A stretch of 64,000 bases of DNA, taken from assembly GCA_000002445.1 (NCBI GenBank), contig CP000069.1, forward strand, positions 928,001 through 992,000, read 5' to 3'. The notes beneath the pieces are model-generated. The model saw nothing but the letters and a program-made list of their open reading frames with translations. It had not been told where the DNA came from and made no database searches. The stretch is from Trypanosoma brucei (taxonomy: Eukaryota). Of this stretch, positions 1 through 12,000 are shown one piece after another (the stretch's first letter is position 1; every line of letters begins with the position of its first letter). The translations under genes and the position numbers were made by a program.

Positions 1-1
1 T

Positions 2-3000
2 CGAAACAAGGGGAAATTGGACTGTCAATGGCGCGCTGTGTGTCAGGCACCATTTGCAATCTCTCCTTCTTCCGGCGTCGTTCCCTCGGAAGGGGGCGTT
101 CTTCCCGTCAGTATTGTATTTACTCCACCAAAATTGCAGACCTATAGCGGTTCTATAGTTTTTCTTCTTGGCCCGGAGGAAAACGCCGTGCAGGAGCTGC
201 CAGTTTCGGGTAGTGCAATGGAATTGTCTATCATACAGGATAAAAGCGAGGCGCTGTTCCCCGATACGTTTGTGACACTGGAGAGTCAAGTGATGATATC
301 GGTTAGGAATGAAAGCGACCGCACGATACACTTTACGTGGAAAGCTGAACAGACTGATCATCAAGAAAAATGTGCAACTGAAAATGCTATTGCAGAACAA
401 TCCGGGGCCCTTACTTACGCTGTGCTGTCTAATGCGGAGCATGAATCCACTCGACAACGGCTAGCTAGGGAATATATTGACCACATAACCAAGGGAGGCC
501 GCGTTTTTGATGATGACGTCTTCACAATTGAGCCTGTTAGTGGTGTGATATACGGGAAAGGAAGTAGAGAGTTTATTGTGACCTTCAACCCGCAACTGGC
601 TGTAAGCTACCTCTCAACTGCGTACCTCGATATTGAGGGTAAGAATCAGCGCCTTCCACTGCAAATGAAAGGGAAGGGTCTAGCCCCTCTATGTGAGTTA
701 GAGTTTACTACTCTCGACATTGGTGATATTGTCGTTGGTGCTGTGCATGAATACAGAGTGGAAATCATTAACAAGGGTTGTGTTGAGGCCCGCTACAAGG
801 TGATGCCACAGGATACGCTAATGGGAAGAAAATTCTCCTTTTCTCCCCCCGAGGGGGTCCTTCCACCTGGTACAACGGAAACGTTTGTCATTCGTCTAGA
901 ATCTGATCTTTTGGGTATCATTTTGGAGACTTTTAACATACACATTCACGGTGCGCTTGATGGTTTAAAACTCTTCTTTCGTGGACGCGTTACGAGTCCT
1001 TCCTTGCAGTTTAATCGGAAAGAGTTGAACTTCGGTAATGTCTCGTATACCACTCACCATTCTTGCTCGTTACAGGTGATGAACACTGGAAGCTTTGATA
1101 TTCGGTACAAGTTGCGCATCCCCGAGTCGAGCCCCTTGTGCAACTGCATTACCGTCACCCCATGTGAAGGACTAATACCTGAGGGAGGTGTACATGATAT
1201 TTGCGTGGATCTTGTCTCGAATGCACTGGGGTCACGGGAAACCAAACTCCTCGTTGATGTAGAGGACGTTGGTGATGCTGTACACACACTTCCCATCAAG
1301 TTCTTTTGTCTTGTACCCACGCTACAACCTTCTCAAGACCAACTTCACTATGGGCATTGTTTCGTGGGGCACAACTACACCATGAACTTAGAAGTTGTTA
1401 ACAAGACCGCGTTGGTGGGGAAGTTTAGCGTATTTCTGCAGGAGTTGCTCGACACACAAGCAGACACAGCCATCGTTTCGATCGGCTCACCGGATAATAC
1501 TGACGGCGTAGAGGTGATTGAGGCCCGCAGCCGTTGCCTTGTTCCCATCACGTTGACACCGTTAGCAGTGGGTGAACTTCGCATGACACTCTATGTGCGT
1601 GTCCTTGGTTCGGAAGAGCAGTTAATGCCCGTTTTGGTAACTGCTTCTGCATGTGGTCCAACAGTGGTAGCGGTACCGAGGCATCTTTCTTTCGGGGGTT
1701 TACAACTTCTGGACGAAAAGGAGCTTCAGCTTACTCTCACGAATATGAGCAGCATTACTGCTTACTTCACAACTGAGTTTCTTCTGGGTGCTGCAAAGAC
1801 AGAAGAGCCGGTGTTCTTTTTGGAACCGACAGAAGGCGAAATAGAACCGGAGGGCACTTTCATCATTAAAGTGAGAGCGCGCTTGGACGAAGCGCGGACT
1901 TTCGAAGAGAAGATTAGGGTAGCGGTTCGCCACTCAGAGAAAACCTCTCAAGTTATTGACGTTGTCGCCAACGGGAAAGGTTATGCCCTGGTGCCTCAAG
2001 ACGATGCGGATGAATTCGATTTCGGTGACATTTTCACCGAAACGACTGTTGAAAAGAAGCTGATCATCTTAAATAAGGGGCGTCGTGATATTGAAGTTAT
2101 ATGGAGCGGTCTCAGTCGAAACCGGGCCGGAAGAGGTGGTATGCCCAATGTCTTCTCTGTAAATCCCGAAATGGCCCTCATACCCGCACGTAAATCATAT
2201 GAGTTTGTTGTCCAAGGGTATGCAACAACTAAGGGTGTATTTTCGGACTGCTTTACTTTAAAGGACAAGAACAGGTACAAGGTTGTTCTCTCCAAAAGCG
2301 TCCAGGGAAACTTCATCACTCCTTCAATAGCATACAGTACGAAGAAGGTTGTGTTTGATTACATCTACGGTACAGAAGGTGACACCGGTTGTGCTGTAAC
2401 GACAAAGACGTTTACGATGAAGAATACGTGCACTCGTACATTACATGTGTCACTCCGTTGCTTAACCCCGGCGAACGGAAGTAGCTCACCCTTTACACTC
2501 GAGAATCCAACAACCTTCGCTCTCTCCAGCGGTGAAACCCGCATTGTCGGTGTGACCTGTGATGCTCTCTACCGCCGAGACAACATCGCGCACTCGGCAA
2601 AGGGGCGTGTGCTGGTTACTTTTAGCAACCACACCACCACTGAGTATGTGTACCTTACGGTGAATATTGCTTTACCGAACGTTTCCATTGTGCCTGATAC
2701 ACGTCAGTTAAACTTTGGTTCGGTGCTAGCCGACACAGAGAAGCGGTTGCAGATAACTCTCACGAATCTATCGGAAATTGTTTCGGCGAACTTCCACTGG
2801 GGCATTGAGACACTTGGGCATCCGGCAGCGACATCCAACGCCAAAGTACCACTGGCAGAAGAAGAAGAACGCGAAGAGCAGCAAGAGCAGCAGTTGATAC
2901 GGAAGCACTTCGACATTATACCGTTCCGTGGTTCCATACCCCCTGGGGGGAAGACTGTTGTTGAAGCAGTTTTTTACGGTGCACGTGGGCGACACGAGGC

Positions 3001-6000
3001 GAACGCAAAGTGTAGTCTTGAAGGTGGCCCGAGTTACAGTGTGAATCTGATTGGTTGGAGCGACGTTGCTGTGCGGTTCGATCGCACAAGCCTGGATTTT
3101 GGTATTATGCACTACAAAGATAGAGCAACTAGAACCATTTGTATATCTAGTCCCTTACGTGTCGCTGTACCTTTCTCCGTAGACCTCACCAGATTGAAGC
3201 AACCAGAGTCGCTGACTGTAAGGCCGTTGAGAGGAACAGTCACTACCAAAGTGTACCTCACCGTTACGTTCGGTCCCATGATCCCAGAAGAGGTAATAGA
3301 AACTTTTACAGTGCAAGTTGGTCATTTGCACCCGCAAGTCATTAAAGTTCGTGGCCTGGGACAAGTGTCAACGATGTCGGTGGTACCAGGTGAGAAGAAT
3401 GTAAAACTGAGGCGTGTTGAGGATCCAATTTTTCAGGAATTTTTCAATGAGCTCAGTAAGCGAGAATGGGTGCCTCACCACACTAAAATGGGTTCCTCAA
3501 ACCCCATACCACATGTGGACCCTTCTGTGCTCGAAGCAGAGAGGTTGACCCTCTGTCAAACGATACTTCCCACCAGAGAACTGGTGCCATCGGTATGTTC
3601 GGCATCTCCACCTCCACAAACAACTACCTCGGAGGGTCAGCAGGAGGAAATACCACCTCTTCTCGCGCGGTATATTCTTGACTTTGGGCACGTTACGCGA
3701 CAAGATGTTCGGACAGCCAAACTTCTGTTGGTAAACACGTCGACGTGTAGTACCTCGATATCTCTGGAGAAGAATTCGCAGCAGCCTCCCGTTGTAACAG
3801 TGGAACCGCTAAAAATTCCTACTATGGCTCCGATTTCGCACACGGAGTTCGTCGTTACGCTTCATGCCAGTGAAATTGAAAAGGGTTCTACCGGTGCTGA
3901 TCGACGGGAAATTACGTTAAACCTTGCGAAGGGACCACGTGTTATTATTGAAGTACATTATTACTTGGCAACGCCCATGCTGACACCCGAATCGCATGTT
4001 GTGGATTTCGGTGATCTCCGACCAGGTCACATTCATGTAAAAAATGTTCATTTTTACAACAATGAAGCTGCGCCATGTAGTTGGACGTTCAAATTGATCG
4101 AAACAAAGAAGAAAGGAGAAGCGCAGGATCCCCGGAGAAGCCCATCAATTGAAACAGTTTACAAGAAGCAATTTAAAATTGGAAAGGAGCGGGGGATATT
4201 GCCGCCATATTCTTGTATGGCTGTTCAAATGAGTTTTCATTCGTGGTATGTTGGTCCTGCAAAGGCCAGGTTGCGCCTCCGTTTTGCATCCAACCCAAAC
4301 GATGAGTATATGACAATTATTGGTAACGTTAGAGATGTTAAGGTGAATATTTCGCCCACTCCCGTTAATTTCTTGCCACTTCTTCCGTGTGAAGCTGTGT
4401 ACCATACATTAACCATAACAAACAATGAGGAGCATCCCATTGAAGTTGTTTGTATGAACTATGATCAGAAGGTCCGCATTGAACGGAGAGCGTTACAACG
4501 TTTCTTACAGGGAGTTACACCAACTCAAGAAGAGAAAGGACTTTACCTTCCACTCCGGGAGGCGGGTGATGCCTTACCAGAGGGTTTGCTAGACGCAACG
4601 TTCGAAAATTTAAATGCCGAAGAGACTGCTCTTGAGTTCGTTGGTGTAGATGAGTCACTCGAAAGGGCATTAGAGCGGCGGCGTGGAAGTTACAGCTCAA
4701 GAGCGGGGCAAATAGGCCGACAACCATCCAGGAGACAATCTATGGACAAACCGGATGCGATCGCTTTACGCTCAAAAAGCTTAAGTTGCAAAAATTCATT
4801 TTCGGTTGTTAATCCTAAGGTTATCGTTGTTGTTGGACCTCCATGCTCTGGAAAAACCACCCAAACGCAGAAGTTGAAGGAAAGTTCCGGAGTTGTGGAG
4901 TTAGATTTGGATGCCATGATATTGTCTGAGGCGGAGTTTGACACGGCCGAAGGTGAATTAATTCGTGGTTTACTTTCTGACTACGACAAGCTTCATGCTG
5001 CTCCTCCAGTGATGCCTACGGGACGGCATAGTGACAAATTGAATCCGTTGTTGCCACTGGCTAACTCGAAAGTTGTGATTCTTCTTCATACACTCGTTGT
5101 TCGGCAACTGAAGAAGGTTGATAACGTGACCGCCGTAGTTATTGATGATTTGAAATCCATAATCACGGAAAATCGGGAGGCGGTGCTCTTCGCCATCAGT
5201 AAGGCTGCCCAGGTGACCGGTATGACACTGAAAATAATATCCCTTGGTGTGAGTGAGGTGACGGCTGACCTTCGGCGCAACCTTGACATACAGCGGAAAT
5301 GCAATGAAACAGCAGAGGCTGCTAAAATTCCACTCTTGACGGAAGAGGAGTACGAGGAGCTTAGTGAAGGGGAACGCGACACGTATAACCACCAGCTACT
5401 GTACTACAACAAATGTAAACGAGACCTTGCGGATGTCACTAAGGAAGTGACACGATTGGCAGAAGAAAAAGAAAACAATGAACAGCATACGGTGCAGAAA
5501 GTGATCGACGCCGAAATGGCAGCGAAAGAGGAAATGGAGGAAAGAATGCGGGCATCAACGAAGGGGAAAAGATATGTGCCGGAACAGCGGCCGGCACCGG
5601 TATGGCACAAACTTAGTGACCTGGAGAGATACAAGGAACTTTACATTCATCTCCGCGAGAGAAAAGATTTGGATCACATCATTGTTGACGGGGAAAATTG
5701 CAAAGACCTTACCGAGCATGTAATTTCAAATGAAAATAGCAACGGTGCACTCGATGCATTTTTACGGGGGTCTGTAACGGAAAATGCCAATGATAAAAAC
5801 CGGTTGATAAATATATGGAATTTTGGAGCGAATGGCGTGTGGGAGTTTGTGTCAGAGGAGTATCTCAATACGACTCACGAAGCATATGAGGGCTTACGTA
5901 TATTTTCTCGTACACCTCGCGATCTTTCAACCAAAAAAAACCCTAAGGGTGCAGTACCGGTGGTTGCGTCACCATTGGTGGAAGCCAGTAGGTGGTTGAT

Positions 6001-9000
6001 TGCACCAATGTCATCAACAGACGTTACTCTTGTCTTCTGCAGTAGCAGACTTGGCCAGTTCTCAACTCCACTAACCTTCGGAATAACGGGAACAAGTCAG
6101 CAAATCGTTGTTCCAGTTGCTACCAGCACACTGTATCCAGATATTTGCCGTGACGAGAAAAGGATATTTAGAACTGTTAAGACGCGAGCTGTGGCGGGTC
6201 GCCAGGTAAGTGGTGTTTTTCTCTTGTCCAAGCGCTCGTACGAGTTTGGGCCTTTAATTGTCCACGGGAATGATGGTAGTGCTTGTGGGAACAGTAAAGT
6301 GTCCTCATCGCTCCGCAATGAGTCTCCCTCCATGGGGAAGAGTACTTCCTCTTTCCGGGGATGGGTGGCACAAGATACCTTGACGCTTACAAATGATGGT
6401 ATTGTTCCCGCCGAAGTAAACATGTCGTTTGGCAAGGAAAAGGACCTCACCTTTGCTGTCGCACCAAACAAGGTTACTATCCCCGTTGGGGAGACTGTAA
6501 CGGTGATGCTCCGCGCTAACCCGGAATCAATTGGAGAAATAACAGCAAAGCTTGTTGTGACTGTTCGTGACAACCCGGCTCCTTGGTTTGTGAATGTGTC
6601 TTGCATTGGGACGCGGCCATCTGTGACACTAGATGGCAAAAGGGATTTGGTAGTGCAGTACGGCCGTTCGTTGGTTACTAGACCTGTGGAAAAAACGTTC
6701 ACTATTTCTAATGTAAGTTTTGTGCCTGTGCACTGGCGGATCACTGGAATGGACAAATTGCCCAATGAATTTGAACTGAGCGCTACGAGCGGTGTACTCG
6801 AGGTCAGTGGAGCTCAAAAACTTGCCCTCGCCTTCAAACCAATAAAGCCCGGAATGCATTCTTTATCGCTCAAAGTTGAGGTGATGGACTCCGAGGAGGC
6901 GCTGTACGAGTCTCTTCCTCTAACAATTAAGGCTGAAGCCCACGATGCAGTGGTGGAATGGACGCGGCATGTCAACTTTAAGATGATACATGTTGGTGAA
7001 ACGAAAAAGGAGCTGATCCGCATACTAAACAAAAGCCCGTACGATATTGGGTATATGTTACGTATGCCTAAGGCACTTCAAAATGTGATTACTCTTTCTC
7101 CCGTTTCTGGTACTGTCCGAGGCTTGATTGGGTACAGAGATGCTGCGATAGCCTCAGTGGAAGTTTCCATTCGTTTTGACAGGGAAGGTGAAATTCCCCC
7201 CACACTTGGCGTCATTGAGGCATCTTTTTACGATCCCCAGTCAAACGAGCTACTTTACCCAGTTCAAAACATTACCGTAACAGGAGAGGCGTGGTACAAC
7301 CAATTTTCCGTCAGGCCGTCCTTTATCGATTTTGGTCCATGTGTCGCACATCAAAAGAAGGTGTCCACATTTGAGTTGCGTAACACAGGCAGGTTTCCAC
7401 TGAATTTCAAACTCTTCAACTACAAGAAGGCTATGTCAGTGTCCACTCCAGAGGAAGAGGAATTTGTCCCCCGAAGAGGCCGAAAAACGGCTAAGGGTGA
7501 TGTCGGCTTTCAACTGGGGTCATTTAACATATCACCAAATGTGGGTGTAGTTGGTGTGGGGGACTCTTGTACATTCAATGTCACGAGTGTTCTGAGTAAC
7601 CTACAGGACCAGCGAGAGGTACTGGGAATACATGTGGATCACTGCGACCCTGAAATTGAAAAAACTGGAACAGCATTTCACATTGTTGCATCACCTACAA
7701 CACCCGGTATTGTGGGTAACCTTTCTTCGTCGTTGGATGTGGAAACTGTGTTTGAGGAACAGCAAATTGTTACAAGTTTGTCATGTTTCAACGGCCCTGT
7801 ACGTGCTTTTGCCAAGGAAGAGTGTCTATTCTCATTTGGGCAGTCGCTATTGGGAAGCAGAGTTGAAGAGCGGTTCCGCATTGCAAACCTTTGCACTCTC
7901 ACATGCACAGTCAAGGTCCGACTCCTTCCCAAGAATATGTACGAATGGAAAGAGAAGGATAGAAAAGACCGAAAGGACAAAAGTGCGCACGGCACTGCAG
8001 AAGGTTTTCTACTTCTCATAGATGGTGAGCTGCGTGAAGAGGGCACGATAGAGCTCTCCTCCTTCGAAAGTCGCTTTGTTACTGTATGTTTTGCACCGCA
8101 GACCTTGCAATCGTTTACCGCGCGCTTTGAAGCTATCGCCGTAGATGGAACGAACCCTGCCACCAACTCGCTTCGCTTCGACCTTGCGGGTGAGGGAATC
8201 CTTCCCACAGTGCAGTATATTTTTCCACCGCCACTGCAAATTACGGCTCCCATAATCGTGAACACAGTATCTGGAACTGGGGGGAAAGGGAAAGGGAAGG
8301 AGTCGAGAAAGGCAGCCGTGGCAAAACCAACTGCGCATGAGGTTGCACCTCCTCCACCCGCCGATACTATACAAATGCCATTAACATTTGTGGGGTCGTC
8401 TGTAACAAGGTGCTTCCGTGTCCGTAATAACTCAGACATTCCCGTACATATTCGCCTCACAGCACCGGATGACGTCCCGCTAGGCATGACTGTAACAAAA
8501 CTTAAGGAGCAACTTCTCGTCCCCCCGACTGGAGAGGAAGCATTCAGTGTGACTCTGGCCCCTCATAAAGTTGATAAATGGAAGACACGCCTTCGTGTGT
8601 CGGTAACGGAAAACCCGTTCGATGACCGCGAACTGTGGGTGGTTGGGGAAAGTTTCCATCGACCAATATCGTTCCATAACACGGACCCTCTGATGGAGGA
8701 ACGTCTAACCTTGGGTTACTGGTATCTGTCACAAGTAAAAGAGCACACATTCACCGTCGCCAACAACACACCATTCGCTGTGCGTTTTGAATGGAACCAA
8801 TCTTCACGTGCGCTTTCCTTTTCCCCACGTGTGGGTCACTTACCGTCGGGTGCTTCCAGAGACATAACCGTGCGCTTATATAGTGAAGCAGTTTCGAAGG
8901 ATAATGTGCTCTGCGTTATGCAGGTTACATCTATTGAATGTGTGGACGGGGACGACTGGGACGACAGGCAGACGAAGGAGAGGTGGCTCAGCACCGTTGT

Positions 9001-12000
9001 GTCTGAAACTGATGATGTATCTGCCATTTCTGATGGCGAAGGTCGTCCAACATTTCGAAAAGTTGTTGGAGCCGTGGCAGAGCCTGCGTACCGAGCCACT
9101 GAAAACTTTAGTTGCAACAAGAATCTGGTTGTTAGTTACGCATGTGAGCCGACAACTTATGAACTCACACTGCCGTCGAATGAGAATGTAGAGCTCTCCG
9201 AGGGGATAACGTTTCCCACAACAAAGATATTTCAGAAGCGGTTCATCACAATGCGCATCGAGAACACTGGACCGAACGTCCTACCGTTCTCCATTGAGGT
9301 GAAAAAGAATGAAGATGAGGAACGAACTTCACTCGATCTCTCTGGAGTTTTCATTGCTGAGCCTTCTTCTGGTGCTGTGGAGCCTCACACAACTTGCGAT
9401 GTACGAGTCACCTTTGCACCGAAGTGTGTTGATGTAGCAGACAGGGTGCTTGTTGTCAACCTGAAGCACAGCGCAAAACCCCAGCACATTATACCACTCC
9501 AAGGATCCGCTGAATGCCCACTGGTGCACTTCAACATTCCTCAATGTGATTACTTTTCCACACGCGTTGATGGTGAAGCCGGGAGCGTCATTCTTCCAAA
9601 CACGATTCCTGTTGTATTTAACGTTTGCGGATTGAACACTAAATCTGTTGTCACTTTCAAAGTAATTAACCCGACAGCAACGATTCAGCGGTACGAGTGG
9701 ATCAGTAACGAGATGTCGCGACATTTGGCTCCTTTCCGCTGCTTAACACCTGCTGGCTCTATTTCTGCGGGGAAGCAGTGTGAGATGGCGTTCGAGTATA
9801 CCTCTACTTCACTGGCGACGCGCGAATCGCTGTGGAATTTTTTCATCTCTGGTCAAACATCTGTACCCTTCATGCTGGTGGGGAAAGCGCATGAGCCGAA
9901 TTTGTTTTTGAATGTCAATAAGGTTTTCTTTGGTGGCACCCCCGTTGGAAGCAAAAACGAGCGCGTTGTTATATTGGAGAACAAGGAAGACTCACCATTC
10001 TCTTTTTCGTTTGATAATGCGTCGATGAATTCGGAGAAGGACTTTGTTGGGATGAAACCGACGCGCGGTGTAGTTCAGGCAAAGTCTTCCGTACAAATCA
10101 CTATTTGGTTCTGCCCCAAGGAAGAAATCGCTGTCAACATGAAGTTGGTATGTCGGGTGAAGCGGGCGAGCAACCCCCTAACCATCAACGTGAAGGGTGA
10201 AGGCCTGCGGACCCATTCATCCATGTGTATTGAGGACGTGGAAGGGGCTGAACACAAGGAACCCATCGTGGTTACGCCGTATCACCCATTCCAGTACAAT
10301 TTGGGCCGTACGCAGGTGAATACAATAGTGAAGAAGAAACTTGTTATATCCAATGAAGGAAGTTGCCCCTTTGATTTTGTAATGACGACGCCCGAACACA
10401 GGTTTCTTACTTTCAGTGGAACATTTGGCACTCTGCAACCGAAACAGCGAGCAGAGGTTACACTCGTGTACTTCCCTACATCGTCCGAAGCGTTGCGCAA
10501 CCTAACTTTGGCATGCCGAATTTCTAAACGTGTTGTGTACACTATTCGATTGTCAGCCGCGAGCTACACACCGAAGGTCATGCTTGGATTCTCAAGGTAC
10601 GATTTTGGTCTATGCTTCGTTTCCGAATACATGTGTGGTCAAACCCCACCGTCAGTGTTGTTGAACCTCACAAACGGGGAAACTGACGAATCCGTAACGG
10701 TTGACTATATTCTTCCCGAGGGTCAGTATTTTGACATGGACACCGCTTCTACCGTGCTAGCGCCCGGCGAAACGAAGCGAGCGAAAATAACGTTTAACCC
10801 CGCTGAAGTAGGAGAATTCGGTTGTGATTTGAAGTTGCTCGTGAACGGTCATTATCCATTATTCGTGCCCATTAGGGGTGAGGGTGTCGTGCCACGCATT
10901 GAAGTATCAAGTCGGTTTCTGCGGTTGGGAGTTGCACGCATAGGTGAACGTCGTACCGCTGAACTCCGTCTAGAGTGTAGAAGCCGGACTTTGACGACAG
11001 TTTCGCTTGCCAACTGTATCGATGTTGAATTGGCGGCAAGGGGTATTTCGCTTTTCCCTAGTGAAGAATTTGTGATGCGACCCGACGAAGCGCGCACTAT
11101 AACTGCAGTGTTTAAACCCCAAAGTCGTATGGCAGAGTTCCAACGGGAAATAAGCATGGTGGTGTGCGGGAAGGAAATGCCATTTGCCCTCATTACGGCT
11201 TCCTGCGAGGATGCTGAGGTACATTTGGATGTTCAAAATGTACTCTTCAACAATGTTGTAGTCGGTGCCGTTTCAACTCAGCGGGTTGTCATCATGAACA
11301 GTGGTGATATCTCCCAACGTTTTTCGTGGGATGCCGCTATGAAGACAAACAGAGACCTGAAAATCATCCCCGCCGCAGGCGTTATTCGTGCGCATGCGGA
11401 GCAGGCATGCGAGCTTACGTACAATCCGACCCAAGTGGGAAGCTCAATTCATCAAACGTTTCTTTTAGAGTTCGATAACGCTCCACCGATCCCTCTGAAT
11501 TTAGAGGCACATTGCGTCGATATACCTAAACCTGACACTGTTTTGGAATTCACCTGCAAAATAAGGAGCTCCGTGACGAAAACCCTGACAATTGAAAACC
11601 CAACCAACACGGTGTGGACGCTTCGACCAACTATAAACAACAAGTTCTGGTCAACTGTGAAGTCATTGACGGTAAATCCGAAGAGCCGGGCGTTGCTCTC
11701 CGTCACTTACTCACCGTTTTTGTATACGAAGGAAAAAGACATCGGAAATCTCTTCATTCCCCTACCGTCAGGCGAAGGTCGCAGCGTACAGTTGGAAGGC
11801 ATCCCTCAGAGCGCTTTCGAAGGAGGTTCTGCCAATGAAAAGGTGGTTGAAGCCAATACTGTGCACACTGAAATATTTGAACTGCAGAATGATACACCGA
11901 ATACCCTTCGCTTCCGTTCATCTGCCAACTGGCTGACTGAGCCTGATAAGGGCACAGTAACTGTAAAGATGCCAATGACGATTGATGTTCCGGCAAAACA